Positions 1 through 10,035 of a stretch of DNA of 64,000 nucleotides are shown piece after piece. The stretch is from NCBI GenBank assembly GCA_027623195.1, contig JAQBUT010000001.1, forward strand, positions 96,001 through 160,000. Reading direction: 5' to 3'. Position 1 is the stretch's first letter. Each line of letters begins with the position of its first letter. This DNA comes from Chloroflexota bacterium (GTDB lineage: Bacteria > Chloroflexota > Dehalococcoidia > Lucifugimonadales > JADFKI01). The notes under the pieces were generated by a model that was given only the letters and a program-made list of their open reading frames with translations, searched no databases and was not told the DNA's origin. Made by a program: the position numbers and the translations under genes.

Positions 1-92
1 CGCCACAGAACCTTACCACTACCATCCACCAGGATTGCCGTGGTGCCTGTAGTGCCCTGGTCCAAAGCCAATATGTATCCCGATTTTGTCAA
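1..92 (-). CDS. glpK: Glycerol kinase (FGGY family), 5' end only, runs off the window start
   Basis: Not in the ORF track. Manual translation from TTG at 92 gives (M)TKSGYILALDQGTTGTTAILVDGSGKVLW, containing the YILALDQGTT motif; GGAGG RBS just upstream. Confidence 0.85.
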   Translation of the reverse strand, partial: MTKSGYILALDQGTTGTTAILVDGSGKVLW

Positions 93-223
93 TTCCGACC
101 TCCGGCAACATACTTAGCCACGAATCGCCGCTTGTGTCAAGGATTTGCTTGGGCGATAATGTCCTCTGCGCCGCGTTAACACGGGAGCGCATTATAGAAT
201 TTCCATCAATGGCAGGGTGAGAG

Positions 224-598
224 ATGGCAGGACGACGCATAAGGATTACAGCAGGGGATCACCTGGTAACGGCGGTCCTTAACAGCAGCTACACGTCGGA
301 CTTACTTTGGGACGCCCTGCCCATCGAGGCGTCGGGCAGCACATGGGGCGACGAGATATACTTCCGTATCCCCGTTGAGGACGAAGAGGACGACGCGCAG
401 GAGGTGGTGGAGATGGGCGCGGTTGGCTACTGGCCCCCAGGGCAGGCACTATGCCTATTCTTCGGGCGCACCCCGGCCAGCATCGGCGACGAAATAAGAC
501 CCGCCAGCGCCGTAAACGTTCTCGGCGACATAGAGGGCGACGCAACCGTGCTGAAGGAAGTGGCTTCAGGCACGAATATCCGAGTGGAGCAGGCATAA
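224..598 (+). CDS. Cyclophilin-like fold protein (TM1367/DUF369-like)
   Basis: Motifs TWGDEIYF, GAVGYWPPGQALCLFFGRTP and SAVNVLG. Confidence 0.8.
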   Translation: MAGRRIRITAGDHLVTAVLNSSYTSDLLWDALPIEASGSTWGDEIYFRIPVEDEEDDAQEVVEMGAVGYWPPGQALCLFFGRTPASIGDEIRPASAVNVLGDIEGDATVLKEVASGTNIRVEQA

Positions 599-599
599 A

Positions 600-1268
600 T
601 TGGGATTTTCAGACGAGCTAAGGCGGGCGGGCGCCGAGATGTGGGACCGCGAAAAGCAACACCCATTCGTAACCGGAATCGGCGATGGCACCCTTGAGCT
701 GGACAAATTTCGGTACTACATGCGCCAGGACTACATCTTTCTGATCGACTTTTGCCGTGCCATATCCCTTGCCGTGGCCAAGGCCAAGGAAGTGGAAGAC
801 ATGGGCTGGTTCGCCCAGTTGCTGCACGAGACCTTGAACAAGGAGATGGCGCTGCACATTAGCTTCTGCAAAGACTTCGGTATTACCGAGGCAGAGCTAC
901 GGTCTACGGAGCCATCCCCAACCACGCTAGCGTACACCCGCCATCTGCTGCAGACCGGCTATTCCGCCGACATCGGAGCAATCGCCACTTCTATGCTGCC
1001 GTGCTCCTGGGGCTACTCGGAGATTGGCCAGATGCTGTCGGGCAGGGGCGCGCCTGAAGGCCAACCGCTCTACGGACGCTGGATTGAAATGTACAACGCG
1101 CCTGAGTTCGCCGAGCTTGCAGACTGGCTACGCTCTTTTATAGACCGCACAGCAGAAAGCTGCGGGGCAGCGGAGTTGAAACGCATGGAGCAGGTATTTA
1201 TCGCGAGTAGCCAGTACGAGTATATGTTTTGGGAAGCCGCATATCGCATGGAGCAGTGGCCCATTTAG
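600..1268 (+). CDS. tenA: Thiaminase II / aminopyrimidine aminohydrolase TenA
   Basis: HPFV..IGDGTL, YMRQDYIFL, LPCSWGY (catalytic Cys present), YEYMFW. Confidence 0.9.
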   Translation: MGFSDELRRAGAEMWDREKQHPFVTGIGDGTLELDKFRYYMRQDYIFLIDFCRAISLAVAKAKEVEDMGWFAQLLHETLNKEMALHISFCKDFGITEAELRSTEPSPTTLAYTRHLLQTGYSADIGAIATSMLPCSWGYSEIGQMLSGRGAPEGQPLYGRWIEMYNAPEFAELADWLRSFIDRTAESCGAAELKRMEQVFIASSQYEYMFWEAAYRMEQWPI

Positions 1269-1282
1269 GCCTCCGAAATAAT

Positions 1283-1310
1283 TAAGGCCCTGGTCAATGC
1301 CAGGGCCTTA
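1283..1310. terminator. Hairpin between convergent genes, probable bidirectional terminator
   Basis: taaggccctgg-tcaatg-ccagggcctta, a perfect 11-bp stem. Confidence 0.7.
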
Positions 1311-1343
1311 TCTGCTGAATATCTTATTAGCCTAACGGGGTAT

Positions 1344-2015
1344 TTATCTTTCGATCCCGATCGCTAATTCACGCGATTCATCGGGCGTAACCATGATCTT
1401 GTACATGCACCCGCCGGCGCCATCTCGAATACTTTCCATTCTGGAAATGTCGACACCGAGCATAGTCGCTATCAGATGGAAGTCGTACGAACACACGGAG
1501 GGGTTCTTCATGGCAACAGAACGGAACGGGCAGTTCATGAGCCTCAACTCAATCACATCGTCGCTCTTCGTCAAAATAGGGGAGAAATCTTGGCTCTCCA
1601 GAACTTTGAACAATGATTTGGCTCGTTGCTCCAGACTCTGACCCTCGAGCGAAACGTTCTCCGATGCTGTCTGTTGGGAGAGCCCCGTAAAAACCTGGTG
1701 AAGAATTTGGGGGCCATCGAGCCCCTGAGTATCCTCGGGAGTCAGCTTGCCGATCTGGTCCACAACCCTCGTTAACAGCCTGTCGTAATCCTTGGGAAGC
1801 GACTCCTGTCCATCCTCAGTCAGATAGAAGGAATATTCCGGCCGACCCGTCTTTTTTCGGACCTCTTCGAATCCAACTAGCCTGTCCCTTTGAAGAATGT
1901 CCAAGTGCCTTCGAATAGTGGCCGGGGCAAGACCTATGCTCGTGGCCAGGCCATCAACGGTCTTATGCCCATTTGCCTGCAATAGCTGAAGAATTCGCAG
2001 CCTTGTCCCTTCCAT
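1344..2015 (-). CDS. SufR-like / ArsR-type winged-HTH transcriptional regulator
   Basis: N-terminal wHTH (TRLRILQLL...ATIRRHLDILQRDRLV...GRPEYSFYLTEDG) and C-terminal Cys motif NCPF...VC...C. Confidence 0.8.
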   Translation of the reverse strand: MEGTRLRILQLLQANGHKTVDGLATSIGLAPATIRRHLDILQRDRLVGFEEVRKKTGRPEYSFYLTEDGQESLPKDYDRLLTRVVDQIGKLTPEDTQGLDGPQILHQVFTGLSQQTASENVSLEGQSLEQRAKSLFKVLESQDFSPILTKSDDVIELRLMNCPFRSVAMKNPSVCSYDFHLIATMLGVDISRMESIRDGAGGCMYKIMVTPDESRELAIGIER

Positions 2016-2352
2016 ACCACTCCAATCAAGCGATTCTTACGTTTCGCCCTGATTATAGCTTCGTTAGTGGGGGCTGTCAAATTAACATAGCTAAATGTGC
2101 AATATAAAAGATAAGGCATTTATCAGTCTATTACCTGCTAAACAAGCCTTCGACCAAGATCCAGGAGGACGAAAGAGGGTTAATCGCAGGATTTCGATTG
2201 CCATACATTAATAGCCAATAATAATTAAAATCAGGCAATAAAAACGACGAATATGAGTAATTTAAGGTGGTTCGCTTAAACGAAACTAACGGGGATTTGA
2301 TCCTGCTAAATTACCAGTCAAGGGACCGTCAATATGGAAAAGCCTGAACAGC

Positions 2353-3126
2353 CTATCGAAAGAGGTCCTTTGAACGGTCTCGGATCATAGGCTTTATGCC
2401 GTTTGTAGAATTTGTGCCGTACTCGTAGCCCCGGACGATGGCAACCGGAACGTTAATTGATTTGGCAGTCACCATTTCGGCGGCAGCGGCTAACTCGTCG
2501 GCCACGGCGATGGTGGTCACTTTCAACTCTCTGTCGTTGGCGTCCAGCGTTCCACGGTAGTCTTTCATCGGCTCCACTCCCGCGACGCCTATGGCAAAGT
2601 TGCTGTGCCCCTCGCGCCAAGCCCTCCCGAATGTATCTGAGACCACAACGCCGATCTGTGCGCCACCTATCAGGTCACCAATCGCATTACGTATGCCCTG
2701 AGCCGACTTATCGGAGTCGACGGGCAACAGGCAAACCACGTCCTCGCCCGGCACATTAGATGAGTCTATCCCGGCGTTGGCGCAAACGAACCCGTGTTTC
2801 GTTTCCGTTATTATCACGCCCCTGTCCACGTCCATCCTGACAATGGAACGACTCTCCAGAAGCACCAGTTCCACCAGACGGGCGTCCTTGCCCGTGTCCG
2901 CGGCTAATTGCTTTGCATAATCAGAAGGCGTTACGTCGTTGAGATTCACAAGGCGACCTTCAGACTTAGATACAACCTTCTGCGTCACAACCAGTATGTC
3001 GCCGTTCGCCAGCGGCGTACCCTGGTCCCGCGCCGCCTCAAAGATCGCAAGCGAAAGGTTATCGCCTTCTTTAATCTCCGGCATCCCGGTTACACCTATG
3101 ATTTCTATACGAGGAAATACGCTCAT
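2353..3126 (-). CDS. cofE: Coenzyme F420-0:L-glutamate ligase
   Basis: GDILVVTQKVVSKSEGR, GFVCANAGIDSSN, SDTFGRAWR, AVADELAAAA. Start trimmed to ATG 3126 (MSVFPRIEII) because the longer ORF overlaps the divergent gene. Confidence 0.92.
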   Translation of the reverse strand: MSVFPRIEIIGVTGMPEIKEGDNLSLAIFEAARDQGTPLANGDILVVTQKVVSKSEGRLVNLNDVTPSDYAKQLAADTGKDARLVELVLLESRSIVRMDVDRGVIITETKHGFVCANAGIDSSNVPGEDVVCLLPVDSDKSAQGIRNAIGDLIGGAQIGVVVSDTFGRAWREGHSNFAIGVAGVEPMKDYRGTLDANDRELKVTTIAVADELAAAAEMVTAKSINVPVAIVRGYEYGTNSTNGIKPMIRDRSKDLFR

Positions 3127-3283
3127 ATTAGGCTCATCTGTTAGAACTTTGGCTGCCCGAATCGGCATTAGGAAATACAGTATACGCAGTATGGCCTCAG
3201 GCGCACAATTGCCGCCGGCAACAGGCCAACGTGCTATACTCATTCCGGATTTTTCAAGCCCTTGAACAAGTACGGAGACTGCC

Positions 3284-4183
3284 ATGACCTCTGCTATAAC
3301 CGCATTACGAAGCCTGCTTTTCGTTCCAGGCAATCAGCCCAACATGATGGAAAAGGCCATGGCCCTGAGGCCCGACGCCTTCATTCCAGACCTGGAAGAT
3401 TCCGTCCCAGATGATGAGAAGACCAACGCCCGAGAGGTGACGGCCGCGCACATCGCCAGCCTAGCTGCGGGCGGCACAAAGGTCATTCCCAGGGTTAACT
3501 CGATGGATACCGGCATTATGGAAAAGGACCTGGCTGCCTTAGTCGGTCCGGACATCTTCGGCGTATCTATAGGGAAAATTTACACCGCAGACGACATCCA
3601 GAAAATCTCCAGCATTCTGTCCGACTTGGAACGCAAAGCAGGCCTGCAGGACGGTCACGTCCGACTGGTGCCGTGGATCGAAACGGCAATGGCCGTCTCC
3701 CACGCCTACGAGGTCAGCGCGGCGTCTCCAAGAATTATCGCTGTCGCCTTCGGCGCGGAAGATTACACCAACGACATGGGCATAGAGCGCACAGAAGGGG
3801 AGCAGGAGACTGTGTACGCCAGGAGCGCCATAGGCGTAGCGGCAAGGGCTGCAGGTGTGCTGGCTCTGGATACTCCGTTTTTCAGCTTTCGAGACCCAGA
3901 CGGCCTGCGGTCAAACGCCCAGGACGCAAAGAAATTCGGCTTCAAAGGGAAGTTCGCAATCCACCCTGCCCAAATCGACATCATCAACGAGACCTTCTCG
4001 CCTTCGCAGGCAGAGGTCGAGCATGCGCAAAGAGTCATCGCCGCCTTTGAGGAGGCAGAGCGCATCGGCAGAGGCTCCACGTCGCTGGACGGCAAGGTTG
4101 TTGACGTTCCAGTGGTCAAGCGCGCCCAGGCCCTGCTGGAGCTAGCAGAGGCTATGCAAAACATTGCCGGTCCGGGTAATTAA
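3284..4183 (+). CDS. CitE-like CoA-ester lyase (HpcH/HpaI aldolase/citrate lyase family)
   Basis: RSLLFVPG, DLEDSV, PRVN, IET, FGAEDY, GKFAIHPAQI, LDGKVVDVP. Confidence 0.88.
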   Translation: MTSAITALRSLLFVPGNQPNMMEKAMALRPDAFIPDLEDSVPDDEKTNAREVTAAHIASLAAGGTKVIPRVNSMDTGIMEKDLAALVGPDIFGVSIGKIYTADDIQKISSILSDLERKAGLQDGHVRLVPWIETAMAVSHAYEVSAASPRIIAVAFGAEDYTNDMGIERTEGEQETVYARSAIGVAARAAGVLALDTPFFSFRDPDGLRSNAQDAKKFGFKGKFAIHPAQIDIINETFSPSQAEVEHAQRVIAAFEEAERIGRGSTSLDGKVVDVPVVKRAQALLELAEAMQNIAGPGN

Positions 4184-4185
4184 CG

Positions 4186-4551
4186 TTGTCACACGACAAG
4201 ATGCAACTAGAGGGGCTTAAGTTTTACGGCTACCACGGAGTCCACGAGGCTGAGCAGCAGTTGGGCCAGAGGTTTATTGTCGACCTGGAAATGGAGCTAG
4301 ACCTTAGGCCTGCAGGCCTGTCTGACGATCCTAGCGACACAGTAAATTACTCACTGGTCTACCAGGAAATCAGGAAGATATTGGAAGGGCCACCAAGAAA
4401 ACTACTGGAGAACATAGCTGAATCTATCGCCACATGCGTGCTAGAGAACTTCGATGTGGAGTCGGTACGGGTAAAGGTCATGAAACCCGAGGTCCCGGTT
4501 AAGGGCAGCATACTATCCCACGCCAGCGTCGAGATTTTCCGCGAAAAATAG
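4186..4551 (+). CDS. folB: Dihydroneopterin aldolase
   Basis: FYGYHGVHEAEQQLGQRFIVD, DTVNYS, LLENIAE, VMKP. Confidence 0.92.
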   Translation: MSHDKMQLEGLKFYGYHGVHEAEQQLGQRFIVDLEMELDLRPAGLSDDPSDTVNYSLVYQEIRKILEGPPRKLLENIAESIATCVLENFDVESVRVKVMKPEVPVKGSILSHASVEIFREK

Positions 4552-4643
4552 TTTTGGATAGTCAGGCACGGCGGGATATGTCATAGAAACAGGGGCCAAA
4601 TTCCTGCCATATCTCCTGGTACATAGGCGCCAAGACAAGATTG

Positions 4644-5456
4644 TCAGTCCTTGATCTGCGAGATATACCTCTCTGCCGACCGGAGGACGGACTCCTTACC
4701 TCCGCTCATTACGTTCCGACCCCACCAGCCGCCGTAGATACGATCAAAGTCGTAAGGCTCAACGGCATCCACAATTTTTTTGATCTCCGACTCCGGTAGG
4801 GGAATGAGGTTGGGATAGCTGCGCATGAAGCTAACGTAACGCCTGTCCGGCACCACCGTAATGCTGTCACCAACGAACAGCGCGCCTTTGCCCTCTGCCC
4901 CTTGCGCCCAATGCAACACAGCGCTGCCCTCGAAATGGCCGCCGCACTGAATCAGCGTTACTCCCGGCACAAGCTCTGTAGGCTCGCCGCCCCAGTAACG
5001 TATGGCCGGGTCCGGACGCATAACATAGTCGCGGTCTGCTTCGGGTATGTAAATGGGAGCGTTGTCAAAGGCGTGGCTCCATGTCACCATGCTGTCGTAG
5101 AAGTGAGGGTGGGAGAAGCATATGGCTTGAATGCCTCCCAATGCCTTGACGGCTTCTATCGCTGCATCGTCCAGTAAGCTAACACAATCGTAAAGAACGT
5201 TGCCTCCAGGGGTCTGCACCAGCAACGCCCGCTGACCTATCGTGAAGCTAGGGCTGATGCCAATGCCAGTAAGCCCCGGCTCCTCTTCACGAATGTCGTT
5301 GCTGTAACCTTCCACCCTGAGTTCAGCCATTGTTGTCCAACGCTGCCCCTCCCAGCCCACGTACTGGCGAGGGTCGTCGCAAATAGGACAATTAAGAGGA
5401 GGGCTGTCGCTCTCCGTATACTCCACGCCACAGGTTCTACATATGTAATTTTCCAA
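4644..5456 (-). CDS. MBL-fold metallo-hydrolase with N-terminal CxxC/CxxC motif
   Basis: ICRTCG...CPICDDPRQYV, IGQRALLV, SHPHFY, GGHFEG, SFMRSYPNLIPL. Confidence 0.85.
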   Translation of the reverse strand: MENYICRTCGVEYTESDSPPLNCPICDDPRQYVGWEGQRWTTMAELRVEGYSNDIREEEPGLTGIGISPSFTIGQRALLVQTPGGNVLYDCVSLLDDAAIEAVKALGGIQAICFSHPHFYDSMVTWSHAFDNAPIYIPEADRDYVMRPDPAIRYWGGEPTELVPGVTLIQCGGHFEGSAVLHWAQGAEGKGALFVGDSITVVPDRRYVSFMRSYPNLIPLPESEIKKIVDAVEPYDFDRIYGGWWGRNVMSGGKESVLRSAERYISQIKD

Positions 5457-5709
5457 TGGAATCTCCTACGTTTGTATCAGAGGCAGGTGTGCTGATATCA
5501 TCGGTTTTCGCCGTTTAAGATAGCATTATTTCTTCCCGAATGTGGTTGCAACCAAACTTAACCTATGCCAAACTTGGTGCAATCGTCGAGCACATCCATA
5601 CAGGCTCGGCGATCAGTCAGTTTTGAACCATTCAATTAAGTTACATCGCTCGTACTTACGACAAACGGGATGAGATACCACAATAGCATCTGCATAAGGA
5701 GACCCAGGC

Positions 5710-7110
5710 ATGTCCACAACCACCAAACCCCAAAATATCGGAGACCTGCGGGAGAGCGGATACGAAGTCCTCAGTGTAAAGCAGGAGATCCGCAAGAATT
5801 TAATAAAGAATATAAAGTCGGGCCAGAATCTATTCCCAGGCATCATTGGTTTTGATGAATCCGTTTTGCCTCAGATGGAAAATGCCATTCTGGCAGGCCA
5901 GGACATTATTTTGCTGGGCGAGCGCGGTCAAGCTAAGTCACGAATAATCCGAAGTCTGGTGTCGCTGCTGGACGACGAGATCCCGGTTATGGAAGGGTGT
6001 GAGCTTAACGACGACCCATTCAAGCCAATCTGCCTGCATTGCAAGAACAAGATCGCGGCGGAAGGGGATAGGGCCAAGATATCCTGGCTCCCCAGAGAGA
6101 TGAGGTACGCCGAAAAGCTTGCGACTCCCGACATTACTGTCGCGGACCTCATTGGTGAAATCGACCCGATAAAGGTCGCGGAAGGACGTTATCTCTCTGA
6201 CGAACTGACCATCCACTATGGACTGATCCCTCGAACCAATCGCGGCATATTCTGCATGAACGAACTGCCTGACCTGTCAGAGCGAATACAGGTCAGCCTG
6301 TTCAACCTGATGCAGGAGAGGGACATCCAGATCAAGGGCTATCGCATTATGTTGCCCCTGGACGTTTTCCTTGTGTCCAGCGCCAACCCGGAGGACTACA
6401 CCAACCGAGGCCGAATAATCACGCCGCTTAAAGACCGCTACGGCGCGCAGATCCGAACACATTACCCAAAAACCACGGCTCAGGAAATGGGTATCGTAGA
6501 GCAGGAGTACACAAGGTTTGACGATACGTCGGAGCAGGTGACTGTACCGGACTACATGAAGGAATTGGTGGCAGAGATCACAGCCCTTGCCCGACGCAGC
6601 CCGGACGTAAACCAGCGCTCGGGCGTAAGTCTGCGCGTTTCAATCGCAAACTACGAGACGGTCCTTAGCTCTGCCTTCAAGCGCAGCCTCAAGCACAAGG
6701 AGAAGGCGGCGCCCAGAGTCAGCGATTTGCCGGCCATCGTGGCTTCTACGCTTGGAAAGTTGGAGATGGAAAGCGTGGAAGAGGGCCGCGAGTTCAAGGT
6801 CGTGGAAGAGTTGACCAAGAAGGCCGTGCTCAACACCTTCGGGCGTCATTTCAAGCCAAGGGATTTCGAAGATCTGGTTGCGAAATTCGAGGAGGGCTTT
6901 ACGCTTGAGACTGGCAGCGACATACCTTCATCAGATTACGTGAAGAATTTGCCTCAGATCGGCGAGGCGTCCAAGCTCATCAAGCGTATCGAACCTTCGG
7001 AGGATCCGGCGGCCATCGCCTCTGCTATGGAATTCATCCTTGAGGGCCTGCACCTGAACCGCCGAATTAATCGCGACCAGTCCGGCGGTCACATGATTTA
7101 CACGGCATAG
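5710..7110 (+). CDS. AAA+ ATPase, magnesium-chelatase ChlI/MoxR-like family
   Basis: Walker A variant LGERGQAKSR, Walker B variant MNELPDL, ANPEDYTNRGRIITPLKDR. Confidence 0.85.
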   Translation: MSTTTKPQNIGDLRESGYEVLSVKQEIRKNLIKNIKSGQNLFPGIIGFDESVLPQMENAILAGQDIILLGERGQAKSRIIRSLVSLLDDEIPVMEGCELNDDPFKPICLHCKNKIAAEGDRAKISWLPREMRYAEKLATPDITVADLIGEIDPIKVAEGRYLSDELTIHYGLIPRTNRGIFCMNELPDLSERIQVSLFNLMQERDIQIKGYRIMLPLDVFLVSSANPEDYTNRGRIITPLKDRYGAQIRTHYPKTTAQEMGIVEQEYTRFDDTSEQVTVPDYMKELVAEITALARRSPDVNQRSGVSLRVSIANYETVLSSAFKRSLKHKEKAAPRVSDLPAIVASTLGKLEMESVEEGREFKVVEELTKKAVLNTFGRHFKPRDFEDLVAKFEEGFTLETGSDIPSSDYVKNLPQIGEASKLIKRIEPSEDPAAIASAMEFILEGLHLNRRINRDQSGGHMIYTA

Positions 7111-7134
7111 AACACATTCCTATTGGTTCAGATG

Positions 7135-7166
7135 CTACGGGCCTCGTTAAATAACGAGGCCCGTAG
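7135..7166 (+). terminator. Rho-independent terminator
   Basis: ctacgggcctcgtt...aacgaggcccgtag long perfect stem followed by tttatt. Confidence 0.75.
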
Positions 7167-7222
7167 TTTATTGTCTGGACACAGGAATCAAATTACGCAG
7201 GCCATCAAGCCATTCACTTTCA

Positions 7223-7252
7223 TTGACGCTATTCACAACCGCTAGCTACAAT
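7223..7252 (+). promoter_or_regulatory. Sigma70-type promoter for valS
   Basis: TTGACG-18 nt-TACAAT, about 50 nt upstream of the valS ATG. Confidence 0.55.
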
Positions 7253-7299
7253 GATGAAATCATCTTCATGAAAAATCCCTTGGCGTAGGTTCAAACGGC

Positions 7300-9981
7300 A
7301 TGACACAGACCAGCCCCCGACGAGAAATCCCCAAAGCGTACGACGCCAAGGCCGTGGAAGAGCGCATCTACCAGTTCTGGACGGATGGCGGCTACTTCAC
7401 CCCGGAGATCGACAAGACAAAGCAGCCCTTCACTGTGATTATGCCGCCTCCCAACGTGACGGGCGAGCTCCACATGGGCCATGCTCTAACTACAGCGCTG
7501 GAAGACCTGATGGTTCGCTGGCACCGCATGCAGGGTGAGCCAACGCTTTTCCTGCCTGGCTCCGACCACGCAGGCATCGCCACACAGGTAGTCGTAGAGC
7601 GCACGCTGGCAGCCGACGGCATGACCCGCCATGACCTGGGGCGTGAAAAGTTCGTGGAGCGCGTCTGGCAATGGGTAGACCAGTACGGCAATCGAATCTA
7701 CGAGCAGCTGCGCCGACTGGGTGCCTCCTGCGACTGGTCTCGCACCGCCTTCACGCTGAACGAGGGACCCAGCAAAGCGGTCCGCACAACGTTTGTAAAT
7801 CTTTACAAGAAGGGCCTTATCTACAGGGGCGAGCGCATCACCAACTGGTGCCCCCGTTGTCGCACGGCCCTCTCCGACCTTGAAGTCAAGTACCAGGAAG
7901 AAAACGCCAGTCTGTACCATATACGGTACGAGCTGGAAGACGGCAGCGACTCGCTTGTCGTTGCCACCACGCGCCCGGAAACGCTCCTCGGCGACACGGC
8001 TGTCGCGGTAAATCCTGAAGACGACCGCTACAAAAAGTACATCGGTAAGAACGTGATACTGCCTGTCCTGAAACGGGCCATACCGGTGGTAGGCGACGAG
8101 GCCGTGGAATTGGAGTTTGGAACCGGCGCGCTGAAGGTGACGCCGGGGCACGACGCCGCGGACTTCGAGATTGGCCAACGCCACAGTCTGCCCATCATCA
8201 ACCTTATGGAGCTAGACGGCACGTTGAACGCCGATGCTGGTCCGTACCGGGGCCAGACGATGGCTGAGGCTCGCAAGAACATTATCGAAGAGCTAGAGCG
8301 CGACGGGTTGCTGGTTGAGGTGGAGCCATACCACCACTCGGTCGGGCACTGCGATAGGTCCGATGACGTGGTGGAGCCAATCGTCACGCTGCAATGGTAT
8401 GTGAGTATGGCGCCACTGGCCAAGCCCGCCAGAGACGCCGTAGCCAATGGTGACACTCAGATTATCCCAGAGCGTTTCTCCCGGGTTTATTTCAACTGGA
8501 TGGACAACATACGAGACTGGTGCATTAGTCGTCAGCTCTGGTGGGGACACCGCATCCCGGTGTGGTATTGCGAAGGCTGCAATGAGATCGTCGTCGAGCA
8601 TGAGGACCCCGAGTCATGCCCCAAGTGCGACTCCAAGAACCTCCGCCGTGACGAGGACGTGCTAGACACCTGGTTCAGCTCCGGCCTGTGGACCCACTCT
8701 ACTTTAGGGTGGCCTGATAAGTCTGAGGACCTGGACTACTTCTACCCCACAAGCGTCTTGGAGACAGGCTACGACATACTGTTCTTCTGGGTGGCCCGCA
8801 TGATGATGATGGGCATTGAGAACATGGAAAAGCCGCCGTTCCATACGGTGTACCTGCACGGCCTGGTCCTGGATCCTTCTGGCATAAAGATGAGCAAGAC
8901 CAAAGGCAACGTTCTCGACCCGCTGGATCTGATCGACATGTACGGCGCGGACGCGCTACGGTTCGCTCTCACCATAGGCACATCGCCTGGCAACAACCAG
9001 CGCCTGAACGAGCAGAAGCTGGAGGCCAGTCGAAACTTCGCGAATAAGCTGTGGAACGCCTCCCGATTCGTCATGAGCTACCTGGAGCGAGAGAAGGTGG
9101 CAGACGACTGGCACCAGCCTCCCACGCCTGTACATCGCCAGGACAGGTGGATTCTTAGCCGCCTGAACCGGTTGGCTGCAGACGTGCAAAGGCAAATGGA
9201 GGATTACAACTTCGGCGAGGCTCAGCGCACGGTCCACGACTTCATGTGGCACGAGTACGCCGACTGGTACATTGAGATGGCCAAGATTCGCATGCGCAGC
9301 GATCCGGACGGCCCGTCTCCAATGCCATACTTGGCCTACGTGCTGGAAAAGATACTCCGGCTCCTGCACCCCTTCATGCCCTTCGTCACAGAGGAGATAT
9401 GGCAGACGCTGCTGGAGTTCCTGCCGCCTGCTCCAGGTACTCCGAGCGCGCTCATCGTTGCCGATTACCCCAAGTCGGACCAGGCTTTGGTAGACCCAGA
9501 GGCCGAAGCAGAGGTCGATTCCGTAATCGAAATGATCAGGGCCATTCGCAACATGCGAGCCGAGTTCCGGATACAGCCTAACCAGAGCGTAGAGGCCATC
9601 GTGGAGACCCCTGAGATCGCCGACGTAGCCCGGGCAGAGGCGGACGCCATCAAGATGCTAGCCAAGGTGGACCCGCTTACGTTTGACACGAACGGGGGCT
9701 CTGACAACTCATCCAACGACAGGGTTTCCCTGGTACTGAAATCAGGGACGGTGACGATTCCTCTTGGCGGCCTAGTCGACCTGGAGAAGGAGCGCCAACG
9801 CCTGAGAGACGAGATAGAAGAGATTCAGACGAATCACGCCAGACTTTCCGGCAGACTACAGGACGAGAGCTTCACCTCCAAGGCGCCTGAGGAGGTTGTG
9901 GACAGGGAACGACTCAGGCTGGAAGGCATAGAGGAACGCCGCAGCCGCGTCGAGGAGATTCTCTCCCGACTGGGTGGCTAA
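7300..9981 (+). CDS. valS: Valine--tRNA ligase
   Basis: PPPNVTGELHMGH, DHAGIATQ, ATTRPET, DWCISRQLWWGHRIP, DTWFSS, KMSKT, C-terminal coiled coil. Confidence 0.98.
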   Translation: MTQTSPRREIPKAYDAKAVEERIYQFWTDGGYFTPEIDKTKQPFTVIMPPPNVTGELHMGHALTTALEDLMVRWHRMQGEPTLFLPGSDHAGIATQVVVERTLAADGMTRHDLGREKFVERVWQWVDQYGNRIYEQLRRLGASCDWSRTAFTLNEGPSKAVRTTFVNLYKKGLIYRGERITNWCPRCRTALSDLEVKYQEENASLYHIRYELEDGSDSLVVATTRPETLLGDTAVAVNPEDDRYKKYIGKNVILPVLKRAIPVVGDEAVELEFGTGALKVTPGHDAADFEIGQRHSLPIINLMELDGTLNADAGPYRGQTMAEARKNIIEELERDGLLVEVEPYHHSVGHCDRSDDVVEPIVTLQWYVSMAPLAKPARDAVANGDTQIIPERFSRVYFNWMDNIRDWCISRQLWWGHRIPVWYCEGCNEIVVEHEDPESCPKCDSKNLRRDEDVLDTWFSSGLWTHSTLGWPDKSEDLDYFYPTSVLETGYDILFFWVARMMMMGIENMEKPPFHTVYLHGLVLDPSGIKMSKTKGNVLDPLDLIDMYGADALRFALTIGTSPGNNQRLNEQKLEASRNFANKLWNASRFVMSYLEREKVADDWHQPPTPVHRQDRWILSRLNRLAADVQRQMEDYNFGEAQRTVHDFMWHEYADWYIEMAKIRMRSDPDGPSPMPYLAYVLEKILRLLHPFMPFVTEEIWQTLLEFLPPAPGTPSALIVADYPKSDQALVDPEAEAEVDSVIEMIRAIRNMRAEFRIQPNQSVEAIVETPEIADVARAEADAIKMLAKVDPLTFDTNGGSDNSSNDRVSLVLKSGTVTIPLGGLVDLEKERQRLRDEIEEIQTNHARLSGRLQDESFTSKAPEEVVDRERLRLEGIEERRSRVEEILSRLGG

Positions 9982-10035
9982 TTCATTGGACAAAGCCACC
10001 TCTTTAGCATCCGTCGGTAAAGACATTCGCTTTCG

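Noticed and set aside
93..223. TPP riboswitch expected upstream of the tenA unit (also checked upstream of thiE at 50433-50525)
   Set aside because: No CTGAGA/ACCTG core in either region.
2130..2195. ggacgaaa segment reminiscent of a hammerhead ribozyme
   Set aside because: The CTGANGA core is missing and the stems are inconsistent.
3127..3333. Long N-terminal extensions in the ORF track (cofE here; also fhs, moeA-PBP, nuoF, flavin reductase, metallophosphoesterase, yraN)
   Set aside because: Longest-ORF artefacts. They overlap neighbouring genes or promoters, and better downstream starts with an RBS or stop/start overlap exist.
7167..7299. T-box leader for valS
   Set aside because: The predicted promoter is only about 50 nt from the ATG and there is no GGTGGNACCGCG T-box sequence.
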